A DNA stretch of 64,000 bases from Antedon mediterranea (lineage: Eukaryota > Animalia > Echinodermata): positions 7,750,001 to 7,814,000 of the forward strand of contig NC_092671.1 in assembly GCF_964355755.1 (NCBI RefSeq). The letters run 5' to 3'. The position numbers and the translations under genes are program-made. The notes beneath the pieces are model-generated. The model saw only the letters and a program-made list of their open reading frames with translations, did no database searches and had not been told where the DNA came from. Below are positions 53,031 to 64,000 of this stretch, piece by piece (positions within the stretch are counted from its first letter, which is position 1; every line of letters starts with the position of its first letter).

Positions 53031-56000
53031 TTAAAACATGGTACGTCACACATGGTTTGGGAAACATCACACGCATTGCTAACAAAATATTTCCACTAAA
53101 ATCTCTTTAACGTCATTTTAACTAAACGAAAGGCGATGACAAATGTGAATAGCAGAGAGAAAATTTGTCTGAAAAAAAACCACCTGAGGGGGACTGGAAA
53201 TGGCAGTGAAATGATCACGTTACACCTCATTTCGTCATAGATTATTGAGTATATTATGAGGTACTTAGAACCCAAAGAGCGTCACATCATTAGGAAAATA
53301 TTACATGTTAACAGAGAGATAATCAGTGCTCGAAATTTGTGAAAAAATAGCTTATAAACGCATAGAAATGAATATGATAGAATGTACAGATGTGCTAATA
53401 ACGATTACATGCTTTGACAAAGTGTCTGATTCGTAACCCATTAAATGCTAATGACGAGAGATTCATAAATCATCAAATGAACAAAAAATACCAAGTGTAA
53501 CAAATATTGGGATACATTGTTTATAAATACAACGTGGAAGTATTGTTATGTTTAAAGAACATCATTAGGTTAGTTAAAACTTATTTTACCGTTGGATAAT
53601 ATACCTGAAAATAGTAGGCATACTATATTGAATTACTGTTCCTTATTTTTATAATAAAATGTACATCTCAATGATTGTTTTATGGACTGGTGATGAACAT
53701 TATATCCAAGTTTCATTACTTACTACATCTAGGAAAAACTATAAAGTGACGTGTTAAAGTGAATTTTGCTTAACCTGACATACAAATTGCACAGAATACT
53801 TAGTATTACGTAAGGATAAAACATGTGAGGAGGAACTCGCACTTATAATCATATGTATAGTGTTTTTCTATATTGCTTATAGCTTAGACGATTTATGTCG
53901 CAGGTTGGTTTGATTAAACAACAATAAACAAATACAATTATAATTATCATATCACAATGTCTTTCATTTGAACAGTTCAGTAAATTTGTAACAATTAGTA
54001 ATATTCCGTACTTTTAGAATTATAGTAATCGTGGTAATGCATAGTTACATAACGTAAACAAAGTTTTACCACTGTTTAACATCTCTCTAGATCTACTCAG
54101 AATGTGTCTGATAGAATAACTAACCATCGAATCCGAATGTCCACAACTCCAAATGTCGACAGCGCCGAATGGTCCATTCATTTGAGCCGTTTTTGATTGT
54201 TCATCAGTGTGAGCAAGCATTAAAATTAGTAGGCCTAGGCCTACACATGATAAAAACTTTAATTAATTCGCAATTAAATATCAGGAAATTATGAAGCAAA
54301 TGCAAGATAGTGATTGATTGGATGGGTTGTTGTTGTAATACAGTAACCGATGCTGAACACGTAAGGCAGTATGTGCAGATTATAGATGGCTCACTTCATT
54401 TATTGATTCGTTCAACAACGACCGAATTAGGTCTACAGTACAGTAGGACCTCTGCATTGTATGTCCCGTGTAACACCCCATACTGCTTCGGTAAAACTCT
54501 TATTTTTATACCAAATTGAAACCAAATAGGCCTACTTACCCCTGGATTAATTAGTTCCCTCAAGCTAGACTACTGTACTTGTAAATTTTCCTACAAAAAA
54601 AATATATATATATATATATTTATATAATTAAAATATAATTATTATATTATATTGTTGCTTTTATTTGCAGTTTATGTTGCTATTGTTACATCAATAAGCC
54701 TATTCTTCCGTCATGCATTGCCTACATCTTTATTGCATTAATTACTATAAGTTATTAAACAAAAAGGATATATTATATTTTAATACTGCATACAGTAATT
54801 AGTTATTACACTTGTTTACAAAACAAAACAATCGTAAAAGAAAACAAGTGGGGTAAGCTACTGCATTTCTCCCTCTCACAATTTTTTCCAAATTATGTTA
54901 GAATTGATAGATACAAAAAGTAGTTGTTTTTAGGTGTCATCTGAATTTAATATTGACATAGCAAATAATGCGTTTTGAAAAGGAAGCAGGGGGTTAGGTC
55001 CTACAAGGGGAGGAGAAGGGGGTTCATTAGTCACGTGACTTAAACCGTCTTGCGAATTAAACCGTCACGTGTCCCAAATCAGGCTATTGTAGGCCTTTAC
55101 TCTACTGTGTACTAACAAACGTTATCTGCTGCCCTCTTTAGCTTTAGAAGTTTTTTAGACTCTATGATGTCGTTTTCTAATTTCATTTGCGGATGTGACG
55201 TATGAGAATATTGTGAATAATTGGCCTAGTGATTGGAATAAAAAGCATATATTAATATTTTAATATAGAAATGACAAGGCCAATATATTATTTTATTTCC
55301 CATTTCCCCTACATATTTTCGAAAGTAAGAGGTTATTGTAGTTCTAATATCAATGCAATGTGTATACTTGACTTCTTGTTTTTGTTTGTTCTTCTTTATA
55401 AATTAATATAGAGTTTTAAATTGGTAGTAAGTTATATCATTTTAAATATCTTTATCTTTATTTTCTATCTATCTATCTATTTTAGATATTTGTATGCACC
55501 TTTCATAAGCATTGAGTGCCATAATTGATATGCCCCTAAATTATTAATCTTTTTTAAAGATTGTTATCAATTTTTCGGTGATTTTATCCTGGCTATTCCT
55601 TAAACATGTTCTTAAAAATAAAAAGGGTTTGGTTTCCCGCCATTCTACTGTTTCGTTGTAGATTAGTAATAATCATGTTTTTTTCTTTCAGATGAATCAG
55701 TCAGACATATTGAACTCTTCAGAACGATTCGTGACGAATATAAAGACACCAGCATTGGTTGATCAACAGAACAGGCGGACCACCATGTCACATAAAGGGC
55801 AGAGTGATAAAACCATCTATAGTAGCGTTATTTACGACTTAAGGTTTGTGGGGCTGGTCGGAAACATCAAAGAGTAATATCGTCATAAACCAAGTGTCTT
55901 ACAATCAACGCAAATGGGGCGATTGAGTGTAGTGCGGAAACTACGTAAACAGATTGAATACTGGGTAATTACATGTCAATGAATGATTCTAGGCGTACAA

Positions 56001-56064
56001 ACATTCGAGATCGACCTAGTTTGCTATTTTGCGAAACACAGCAGTTTTTAACAAGTCAATGCAT

Positions 56065-56104
56065 ACGTATTATTACGTATTATTACGTATTATTACGTAT
56101 TATT
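56065..56104. repeat. 10-bp tandem repeat (TACGTATTAT) x4
   Basis: Directly visible. Confidence 0.9.
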
Positions 56105-59100
56105 TTAACGGCAGACTAGACGCAATTTTTATTTTAAACGTTTATTTAAAGTTCTTCTACCTTTTTTTTTTCAAAATCAAAGGCAGAATCTTAAATTTTT
56201 TAACTGATTGTAGTAAAGAATATACAGTACTCACAATACAATCTGAAATATAATAGCGCCCCCAATACAAAACGAATTATTAATTTTACACGTTTCGATC
56301 TATTCTTTCTATAATTGTGTTCTTTGTTTAAAAATTACTAAAACCTAAACCATATATTTGCTTCGCACTGTACAAATATATCTGAATTATACACTATTTT
56401 TATCGACGCTTAGACTAGCTTACACAAAATAATATGCCATAGTGCTGTGTAACGCGGTGACATTGAATCCCAATAACAACGTATATTCCAATTAGGGAAG
56501 ACAAGTAAAAATAAGAATTATAACATAAAATTGTATAGAAATTAAATAATAGGCCTATCACAACTAAAGAGGCAACGATAGCCTAGGTATTTACCAGGTA
56601 TTATATTAGCTAATTTAGGTAAGATAAAAACATTCAGTAAATTAGATTAGTCTATACTTACACTTAACTATAACCTAGTAATGTCTGTTGACATTAATGC
56701 ATGTATACACTAATAATTTATCTTTAAGTGACTGTGGCACATAACTTGTTTTTGAAATTGACATAAAGCACACATAAATTTACTCTCTACTCGTGTGAGT
56801 GTATAATGTTTAACGCTAGCTAACTTAACAAATAGGCCTAAAAGAAATGTATTTAATCGACTGGCTGAATAAAATATGATTATACAGATAAAAATGTGCA
56901 ATTGTAAAACAATACATTTTAAATATCAGTCCTCTTATCGGAAATGGTACATTATTTATAGTAAGAAATCTAAACAATCATAAAAACTTCCTCAAGTTTC
57001 TCGATCAAATAAAACAACCTAGAATAATTTCAGGTGGGCGGGCATATTATTTTATTTAGAAATAATATATTATGTGAGTGTAGTGAAAATGGGCCAGAGA
57101 TATGCCCTAAATATGCACCCTAGAGGTATAAAGGTCTATGGTATATATGAATCTGGCTTTGTATTGAGGTGCTCTCGTCCCATTCAAAGTGACCACGCGT
57201 GTTAGTAAGACCAGCCATGCCTTATGGTTAAAAAGAAGAACCTACTTATTTTAAACGGTACAGAGAAGCGACAGTACTCTTGTGCCAATGTAAGCACCCT
57301 GTTTACATATTATAATGTGGTAGGTATAAGGCGGTAGGTTATCATACATTAGGCCTACACAGCATAGAGTGTAGGCTACATCGCAACATACGGTATAAGG
57401 CTAATGGTTGTTAATACACACATGTGTTTAAACAATCAAAAAGCCATGAACTCAATAATAATATAAGTCCTATAAGTTAACCAGTTAAGCAATTATTCTT
57501 CGTGTAAATATCATGTAAAGTTTAAATTGTGTAAGGCTATGTATAGGCCTGGGTATTTGGAGGCGAATGAAACAAACATCTCAACCGGCGTCATTTAGGC
57601 CTACGAGTTGTTTCACATTTCATGTTATGATCGTGATGTTTTAAGGTTTAGTCTTTTAAAATCATAAACCATTTTAACAATTCAAAATAAATAACCAACC
57701 AACCAACACTCATACTAAGGGGACACTTTGCTGGTCTGGAAGGTGTCCCCTTAATAGGGGTTCTATGTTTAACTAAAGTACGGTATACTAATTGTTGTAA
57801 AGTAAAGTTATCCGGTAAAAATAATGCCATGGTACTAAAACTAGCGGGCGCTATTGACTGCGAGTAGAACACTATATCAATACACAAAGTATAATTTAAA
57901 TTGTACATGATTGATTGATCGAATTTGTTTTGTGAAATTCTACTCTCAATGCACTGCGCCTGATAATCTTGTTTCAAGTACGTACAGGGGCGGATCTAGA
58001 TGGTAAGAGATGGGGTTTTTAGAGCAGGGAAGTTGGTTAAAAACCAAATTATATGTTATACTGATGCATATGAAGAGTATTTAACGTTAAATAAATTGAA
58101 TCAGGAAAGAGTGAAATTGTAATATCACTCTTTCTTGATTGAATTAATTTTTGTTTCTTTTATTGAAAATCGATGTTATTATGTTAGGATAAAAACCGAG
58201 GATATATCACTGCCTTAGCATATGAAACGATCTAATCACCACTATCCTCGTGTTTTTTGTTTAAAATCATAATTTTAGACAATATTATTATAATATTATC
58301 ATCATCATCATTCACTTCGTCTTCTTTGTCCGCATTGGCCATTGCCAATATATTAATAGCATCATCAGTATACTATTTTTTCTTCTCATCATAATTATCA
58401 TCCAAATTCTATATTTCGTTTTTGCCATCATGCATATCTCTTTATTTTTTAAATTTATATCAACTTTAAAAAATCAATATATGATTACTGCTTTGGCATA
58501 AGCGACATCAAAGATAATGAAGAAACTCTGTAAAAAGAAAACAGTAGGCCTACATTTTAAAACATCTCAACGATTTCACGATTTGAATGGTATGATCTTG
58601 ATTTCCAATTCAGTGGCGAATCTATGATTTGTTTTTTTAAATGAGGACAAACATTGTGGAATGAAATGTTGAACTTACACTATCTTTTGCACTTTGCAGG
58701 ATCTGCCTGTGTAATTAGGAATCCTCGTTAACTAAAGGAAACAATAAAGTTAGAATATAGGACGATTGAAATGTGAACGGACGATTTAATTAGAGCCGAA
58801 AACGACACTGATGAATAGGTTGTTATCTCCAGTTTCAACATTAACGCATTTTTGTGCAGACCATATATTTATTCATGTACGGAAATATCATTATCATTGT
58901 TATAGAATTGTTGTAGGCCTAGTAAGTATTAAGTTAATTTTTGTAAAATAAAATGTAAAAACTTGATCTGATCATTTTGCTGTATGTCTTACATTATAAT
59001 AGTCGAGAATGCACACACATCCCGTTGTACTATAGTTTGCACGGCCAATCTACTATTGTCTCGTCGGGAGATTAAACGAATTTCTGTTTATGAGGATATA

Positions 59101-60297
59101 AATACCACTTATGTTGGATTGCAGAGCAAATATTAATAGTTAGTTGTAAATTTAAAACAAATAACAAACCCATGTTCAAGGCCAAATTTAGTTTACTTAT
59201 AGAATAATTATCAATTATATTTTCAGACGACGGCGACGAGCGCGTAAACTTCTGTCGACAGACAGCTGCCTGACGTGTACACAAACATTGTGACAAAATA
59301 TCGGTCGTATGGTGAACTTCGCAACATTTCTATGCATTAGATCGTGCCAATTCGGTGAATTTAATGTTTTACCAATTATTGGATATAGTAATGTCTCGCA
59401 TGGATTATTTATTAATAGTGCACTATTATATATCTATTTATTATAAATATCAAATAATCCCATTGAAATATAAGCGTATTATTATAATATTTATATTTAT
59501 TGAATGAAAAATAGATGAACATTTTTGAAATAATCTTTTTAGTATGAATACTTATTTGTATGATGTCATTTAGTATAATTCACGGGTAGGTATAATAATG
59601 TTTTTTATCTTGGTTTTCAATCAATCTTTAATTTGAAAAGTTTATTCGATAATGTTTTTAGTTATAGTTGAATATTCCCTTTTATAGACATTTACTATCA
59701 TGATAGTCTTTAACTCGGTGATTACGCGCTTTTTGATTAAATAGATACTAGGGGCCTATAGTTTGTGAATCATTTATTTTAAAAGTGTGAATGCGCATGT
59801 TTCTATGAATAAAGCCTTAGACGCCCAGGAAATTAATAGATTTGTGAAAACAAAACAAAATTACATGTAAACTGCTGTTTGTTTAGGTTCATGGCAGTAT
59901 CCGAAAGGGTAAGACATCTCATGTTGATATTGTATCAGTGATACATTAAAAAATAAAAACTTCTATTCCGATTTACAAAAAGCATTAACTAATGTTAGTT
60001 ATAACAGCATTAGTAGAAATACATAAAAAAAAAACACAACGAAAATGCAAAAATAGAAAACTAAACTACTAAAAGTTTGACCCAACCGAACTATTTTTTA
60101 TTCGCGCGCTTGATTCTCGCAAGAAACGGTATTTTAAGATGTTCTTTTTTCTTATAATTCGCCGAATTTAAATTAATCAATTAAAAAATGTTATTAAATT
60201 ACAAACTGTTAAATAATTTATTAAAAAATAATTTCAAATCTGATCCATAATTTCAAAATATAAAGACGTTAATCTACATGTAAACCTTAGTATTGAG

Positions 60298-60708
60298 TTC
60301 CATGTTTTCTGATGTTGATCGACTCTTTTATTTGCCTTTTTTGAGTGTTGCATTCTTTCTCAAGGATAGCAGCGTTCCAATCAATGATTGGAACGCTGCT
60401 ATCCTTGAGAAAGAATGCAACACTCAAAAAAGGCAAATAAAAGAGTCGATCAACATCAGAAAACATGGAAAAATCATGAACAGAGATGAAGGAGCCCACG
60501 AATTGTCACACATTTATGATCAACTATTGGAGAAGGGGGCACGTCCTTTTGGACCTATTGGTGGCGCTATATCAACTCATCGTCGTCATGGGATTAACAA
60601 CGCTAGACGATGAAACACCAGTTGAGAATGAAACCTGATAGGTTTCGAAACGTACTGTAAGTTCGCTTATACTATTTTTGGTTGTTCAAAAAGAAATTTT
60701 ATGTAATA
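60298..60708 (+). mobile_element. 5'-truncated Penelope-like retroelement with inverted 5' segment
   Basis: 12-bp TSD CTTAGTATTGAG at 60286-60297 and 60709-60720. Translation DWNAAILEKECNTQKRQIKESINIRKHGKIMNRDEGAHELSHIYDQLL matches the C-terminal end of PLE GIY-YIG endonucleases (R..KE...I...NRD.G pattern). Perfect palindrome 60298-60470. Hammerhead-like motif in the 3' (pLTR) part. Confidence 0.88.
60614..60663 (+). ncRNA. Minimal type I hammerhead ribozyme (U3:A8 core variant) in the Penelope pLTR
   Basis: Layout CAG-TTGAGAA-T-GAAACC-TGATA-GGTTTC-GAAA-CG-TA-CTG gives stem I CAG/CTG, core UUGAGAA, a 6-bp stem II, GAAA, a loopless palindromic stem III (ACGU) and a GUA cleavage triplet. Confidence 0.7.
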
Positions 60709-61765
60709 CTTAGTATTGAGATACGTGAACTAATAATTATCAATTTGTATGACAATTATTATTTTCAGCAAAGGTCATCTATAAAAACATTATATTACTT
60801 GAAATTTAAAACATTTTAAAAATCAAATGCGAGATTTATATACGGAATACAATCTATCAACTTCAATCAACATTATAAACTTACAGTTTTCAAATCATAA
60901 AATCCATATATTCATCGAACTGGGATAAAACACTTTTAAAAATAGAAAATAGTTGAGTTTGATATGAATGTTAAAAATATGACTCTTTAAAATGACGAAG
61001 GTACATGACAAAATTGATTTTTTCTTGGTTTATGATGGTTTTCTGTAAAAAGAATGACGTTTTGAAAACATTCTTTGAAAGGTTTGTGTATCAAGGTTAT
61101 GATATAAAACATTATCAAATTATTTTACAAATTAAAATTTTAATATTCATTAAAAATAACACAAGATGCTTTCAAACTATATTGATTTTGTAAATGACGT
61201 TTAAAAAATATATAAGATAATTTAACTTTCAAAACATCGATAGTGATCTTTTATTTAAATTTAAATGTAGTTGGAGTTTTTTACAATACTCCAAAATGGA
61301 TTTATTTTACGGTGTGTTCTAAATACTCAATACTTTGCTATCAAACAATGAAAGCTTGAATATAACATGCATAAAATTGTCTAAAAACATTAAAGATCAT
61401 CTCAACATCAAAACACATGAAACTTACACAAGGCCTACATAGATCTTTCTCATAAGTTAAATTGCCTCATGGCTGGAAGGAAGAAAAGTCTTTCAAATCC
61501 GTTCAGTATGTGGGTAGGCCTATTTAACTTATTGTGAAATATTTTGAAGGGATTTATATCATTATTATTAATCATAGCATTTAAAAAAACATCAGGTTTC
61601 TTAATCTCAGTTCCTCTTACATTTTTAGCAGAATCGCTAATCCCTTGTCCAACGTCCAACACTGCGCCACATGCCCTTACAATAATAATAATAATAATAA
61701 TAATAGTCATTAGGTTCTTCAGCCTACGGTAATATTATATGAATTATGCTGTCTACATAACTATG

Positions 61766-61884
61766 AAACTAAGTTTGACCCCAACAAAGTGACCAAATAT
61801 GGTAGTGATATGCATAAATATGGTAGTGATATGACATCACCATGTCCATTTTCTCACATGAAGTTTGATAGTGTAGACAGATCT
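61766..61884. mobile_element. Harbinger-like MITE family A, degenerate copy
   Basis: CCAAATATGGTAGTGATATG repeats and terminal AGTTTGATAGTGTAGACAGA. Confidence 0.7.
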
Positions 61885-61940
61885 TGATTCATATAATACC
61901 ATGTAGGCTGAAGAACCTAATCAAATGATTACTATTATTG

Positions 61941-62138
61941 TAAGCAAGATACTTTACGTACGTTTGCCCCTCTCCACCCAGGTGTATAAATGGGTACTCG
62001 GTTAGATCAAGACATAATTTGCCCTGATTACTAGCTGCATTATGGGAGTATGTTTCCATCGTGTTTGGTCCAAAAAAATTACGGGGTAAAAATGTGAAGC
62101 GCTTAGAAGCATTGTGCAATAAGCGCTATATAAAAAAA
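61941..62138 (+). mobile_element. 5'-truncated SINE (central core plus LINE-like 3' tail)
   Basis: CTCTCCACCCAGGTGTATAAATGGGTAC core that I recognise from invertebrate tRNA-derived SINEs, then a 3' tail GTGAAGCGCTTAG...ATAAGCGCTATATAAAAAAA ending in an A-run. The tRNA head is absent. Confidence 0.65.
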
Positions 62139-63534
62139 GAATAAACGGAAACGAACTTCTTTATAATATAATGTAAAGATTTGATATTTATCCTCTCTTA
62201 TTAATGTGTTTGCGTTGAATAATTGAATGTATTAATTTGGATTTTGTAAATGGATTAAAGATGGGATTGAATTGAACCGACCAGCATACTAACGAGAAGT
62301 GTATGAGAAAAGACAATATATTGCATCAGACTTTAAAACAATTAGTGAATCAATCAAATCAATTAATATTGTATTGTTATATTAATGTATGCATTTTCTA
62401 CATGAATGAATCTAGAAATTAGAAAGTACATCGATGGATTTGTTTTTTTTGGCAAATTATTGAAAACACAATTTTATTACTAAAAACATCATGATTTTTT
62501 CAGTTTGATTGGAAACTAAAATTGATATAACGCGACGAAATTTTAATCTACAGTTAAGTTTTAATTACAATTAATTGTAACATCATAATATTTAAATACA
62601 CGGTTAAACTGTACTTGTTAATTTAATGTGTGAAAACATTCATAAAGACCATGTATGTTTTAATAGGTCCTACTAAAAATAATACAAACAGTTTTGGCTG
62701 TTAAGTTCTGGTGGCAAACTTTTCTAAAGCAGAGAAAGCCTCAATGAATAGTTTTGGTTTACCAATAACTGTGTTTACACTTACATAATGTAAATAACAA
62801 CATAGATTAGGCCTATTAAACTATATATTTATTATTAATTTCTCAAGGGTTTGTCTTCAATCAAACATTTAATCTGATATCAAAAACATTTTGATAGAAA
62901 TCCAAGCAAATAATTTCTCATTTATACGCAATTATGAAAGCGACTAAATAGGATTTTCCCAGAACTGGGTTTCAACACATAACGATATTATACGTGAAGA
63001 TTTCACACATTTAACGGGCTAACCACGTAAATTAATAACAATAAAATTCAAATGAAATCGAATTCTATGCATTACCAAGTAGGCGTAAGAGAGAAATTTT
63101 GGATAATATAATATATAACTATTGTCACAAAATATGGGCCTTTTAGATAAAAAAAATTGTAAAATCTCAGTAAACTATTAAGTGTTACCTAAGTTCACGA
63201 AAAGAGGAGAATCATATCGTTTTAAAGACATTGAAAATAATTAAATTCAAATTATGTTGCAATAACAGTAGTGTGTGAGTAGTATTGAATCAGAGTAATA
63301 TGGAAAAAACAAGACCGCTGAGAAATCCTAGTTCCTGATGTATGTTATTTATTTCAGTGTTAAAAAGTTTACTAGTCTCGGTAACATTTCTGAGATCTTA
63401 TAAGTGAAATATTGTAAAAGAAATTGTTCTTTAAAATAAACATTAATAGTAGATTTTATGAAATATAATCATTACATTTAAAAAAGAAAAACATAAACAA
63501 AAATCATTGAATTAATAATAATATGCAATGCACA

Positions 63535-63695
63535 CAGTAGAAACCGCTACAAGAGAACACTATGGACCTAACAAAGAGGTCCCTTAATAGAGGTATCGCC
63601 TAATTAGGTGTTGGCCGGAAAATGAAATTTCTTTTCATTCGTTTAACGGGATAGTGTCCCTTAATAAAGGTGTTCCGAAGGAGGGTTTCGTATAT
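63535..63695. mobile_element. Degenerate Tc1/pogo-like MITE
   Basis: Starts CAGTAGAAACC and contains repeated GTCCCTTAATA(G/A)AGGT. Related GTGTCCCCT(G/T)AATA fragments occur near 11186, 20156 and 57744. Confidence 0.5.
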
Positions 63696-64000
63696 ATGCG
63701 TTGCCAAAATATTAAAAAACCCCAATTTCCGGATAAATAGAGATTTTGGAAAGTACAAAGAAAGGTTATAAATATTATAGCTACCTTAATCTAAAATTTA
63801 AATTAAGATAGACAGACCATCTGGTATAGACAGTCGATGTCACTTAGGCATCAATCATTAATTCAGGACCCTACTTCTTACTCTTAAGTCTTTCACAAAA
63901 TATGATACTTTCCTATCACTTAATATTTGTTAATTTACTTTTCCAAAATAAATGTTTTGCGTGACTGTAACATTTTTACTCATCTCATTTTTTATCTATT

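Noticed and set aside
60287-60499. Minus-strand ORF nearly identical to the plus-strand ORF at 60293
   Set aside because: A consequence of the perfect palindrome, not a second gene.
227-62119. Remaining 60-110 aa ORFs in the supplied track
   Set aside because: Low-complexity Phe/Ile/Leu/Lys-rich translations typical of AT-rich non-coding DNA, many with non-ATG starts and none with a recognisable domain.
46000-64000. Search for a Hox gene exon or a Hox-associated microRNA (for example miR-10) upstream of Evx
   Set aside because: No second homeobox and no recognisable miRNA hairpin found by eye in this window.

Overview
AT-rich (roughly 30% GC by eye) intron-containing animal genomic DNA, probably an invertebrate deuterostome such as an echinoderm (inference from gene and repeat content). 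Three spliced protein-coding genes could be assembled by hand with consistent GT-AG sites and phases: HYPK (+, 4 exons, 120 aa), long-chain acyl-CoA dehydrogenase ACADL (-, 9 coding exons, 430 aa) and the homeobox gene Evx/even-skipped (-, 3 exons, about 368 aa), which sits in a large gene-poor region. ACADL introns carry nested DNA transposons and two Helentron-like elements bracketing two degenerate tRNA-Val(AAC) copies. Several MITE families, a SINE and tandem repeats are scattered through the window. A young 411-bp Penelope-like insertion (12-bp TSD) contains a perfect hairpin with 86-bp arms and a minimal hammerhead ribozyme with a compensatory U3:A8 core. The 8-mer TAGGCCTA is strongly over-represented near promoters and around Evx. 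Nearly all ORFs in the supplied track are spurious or exon fragments. All coordinates were counted by hand and no database searches were run.
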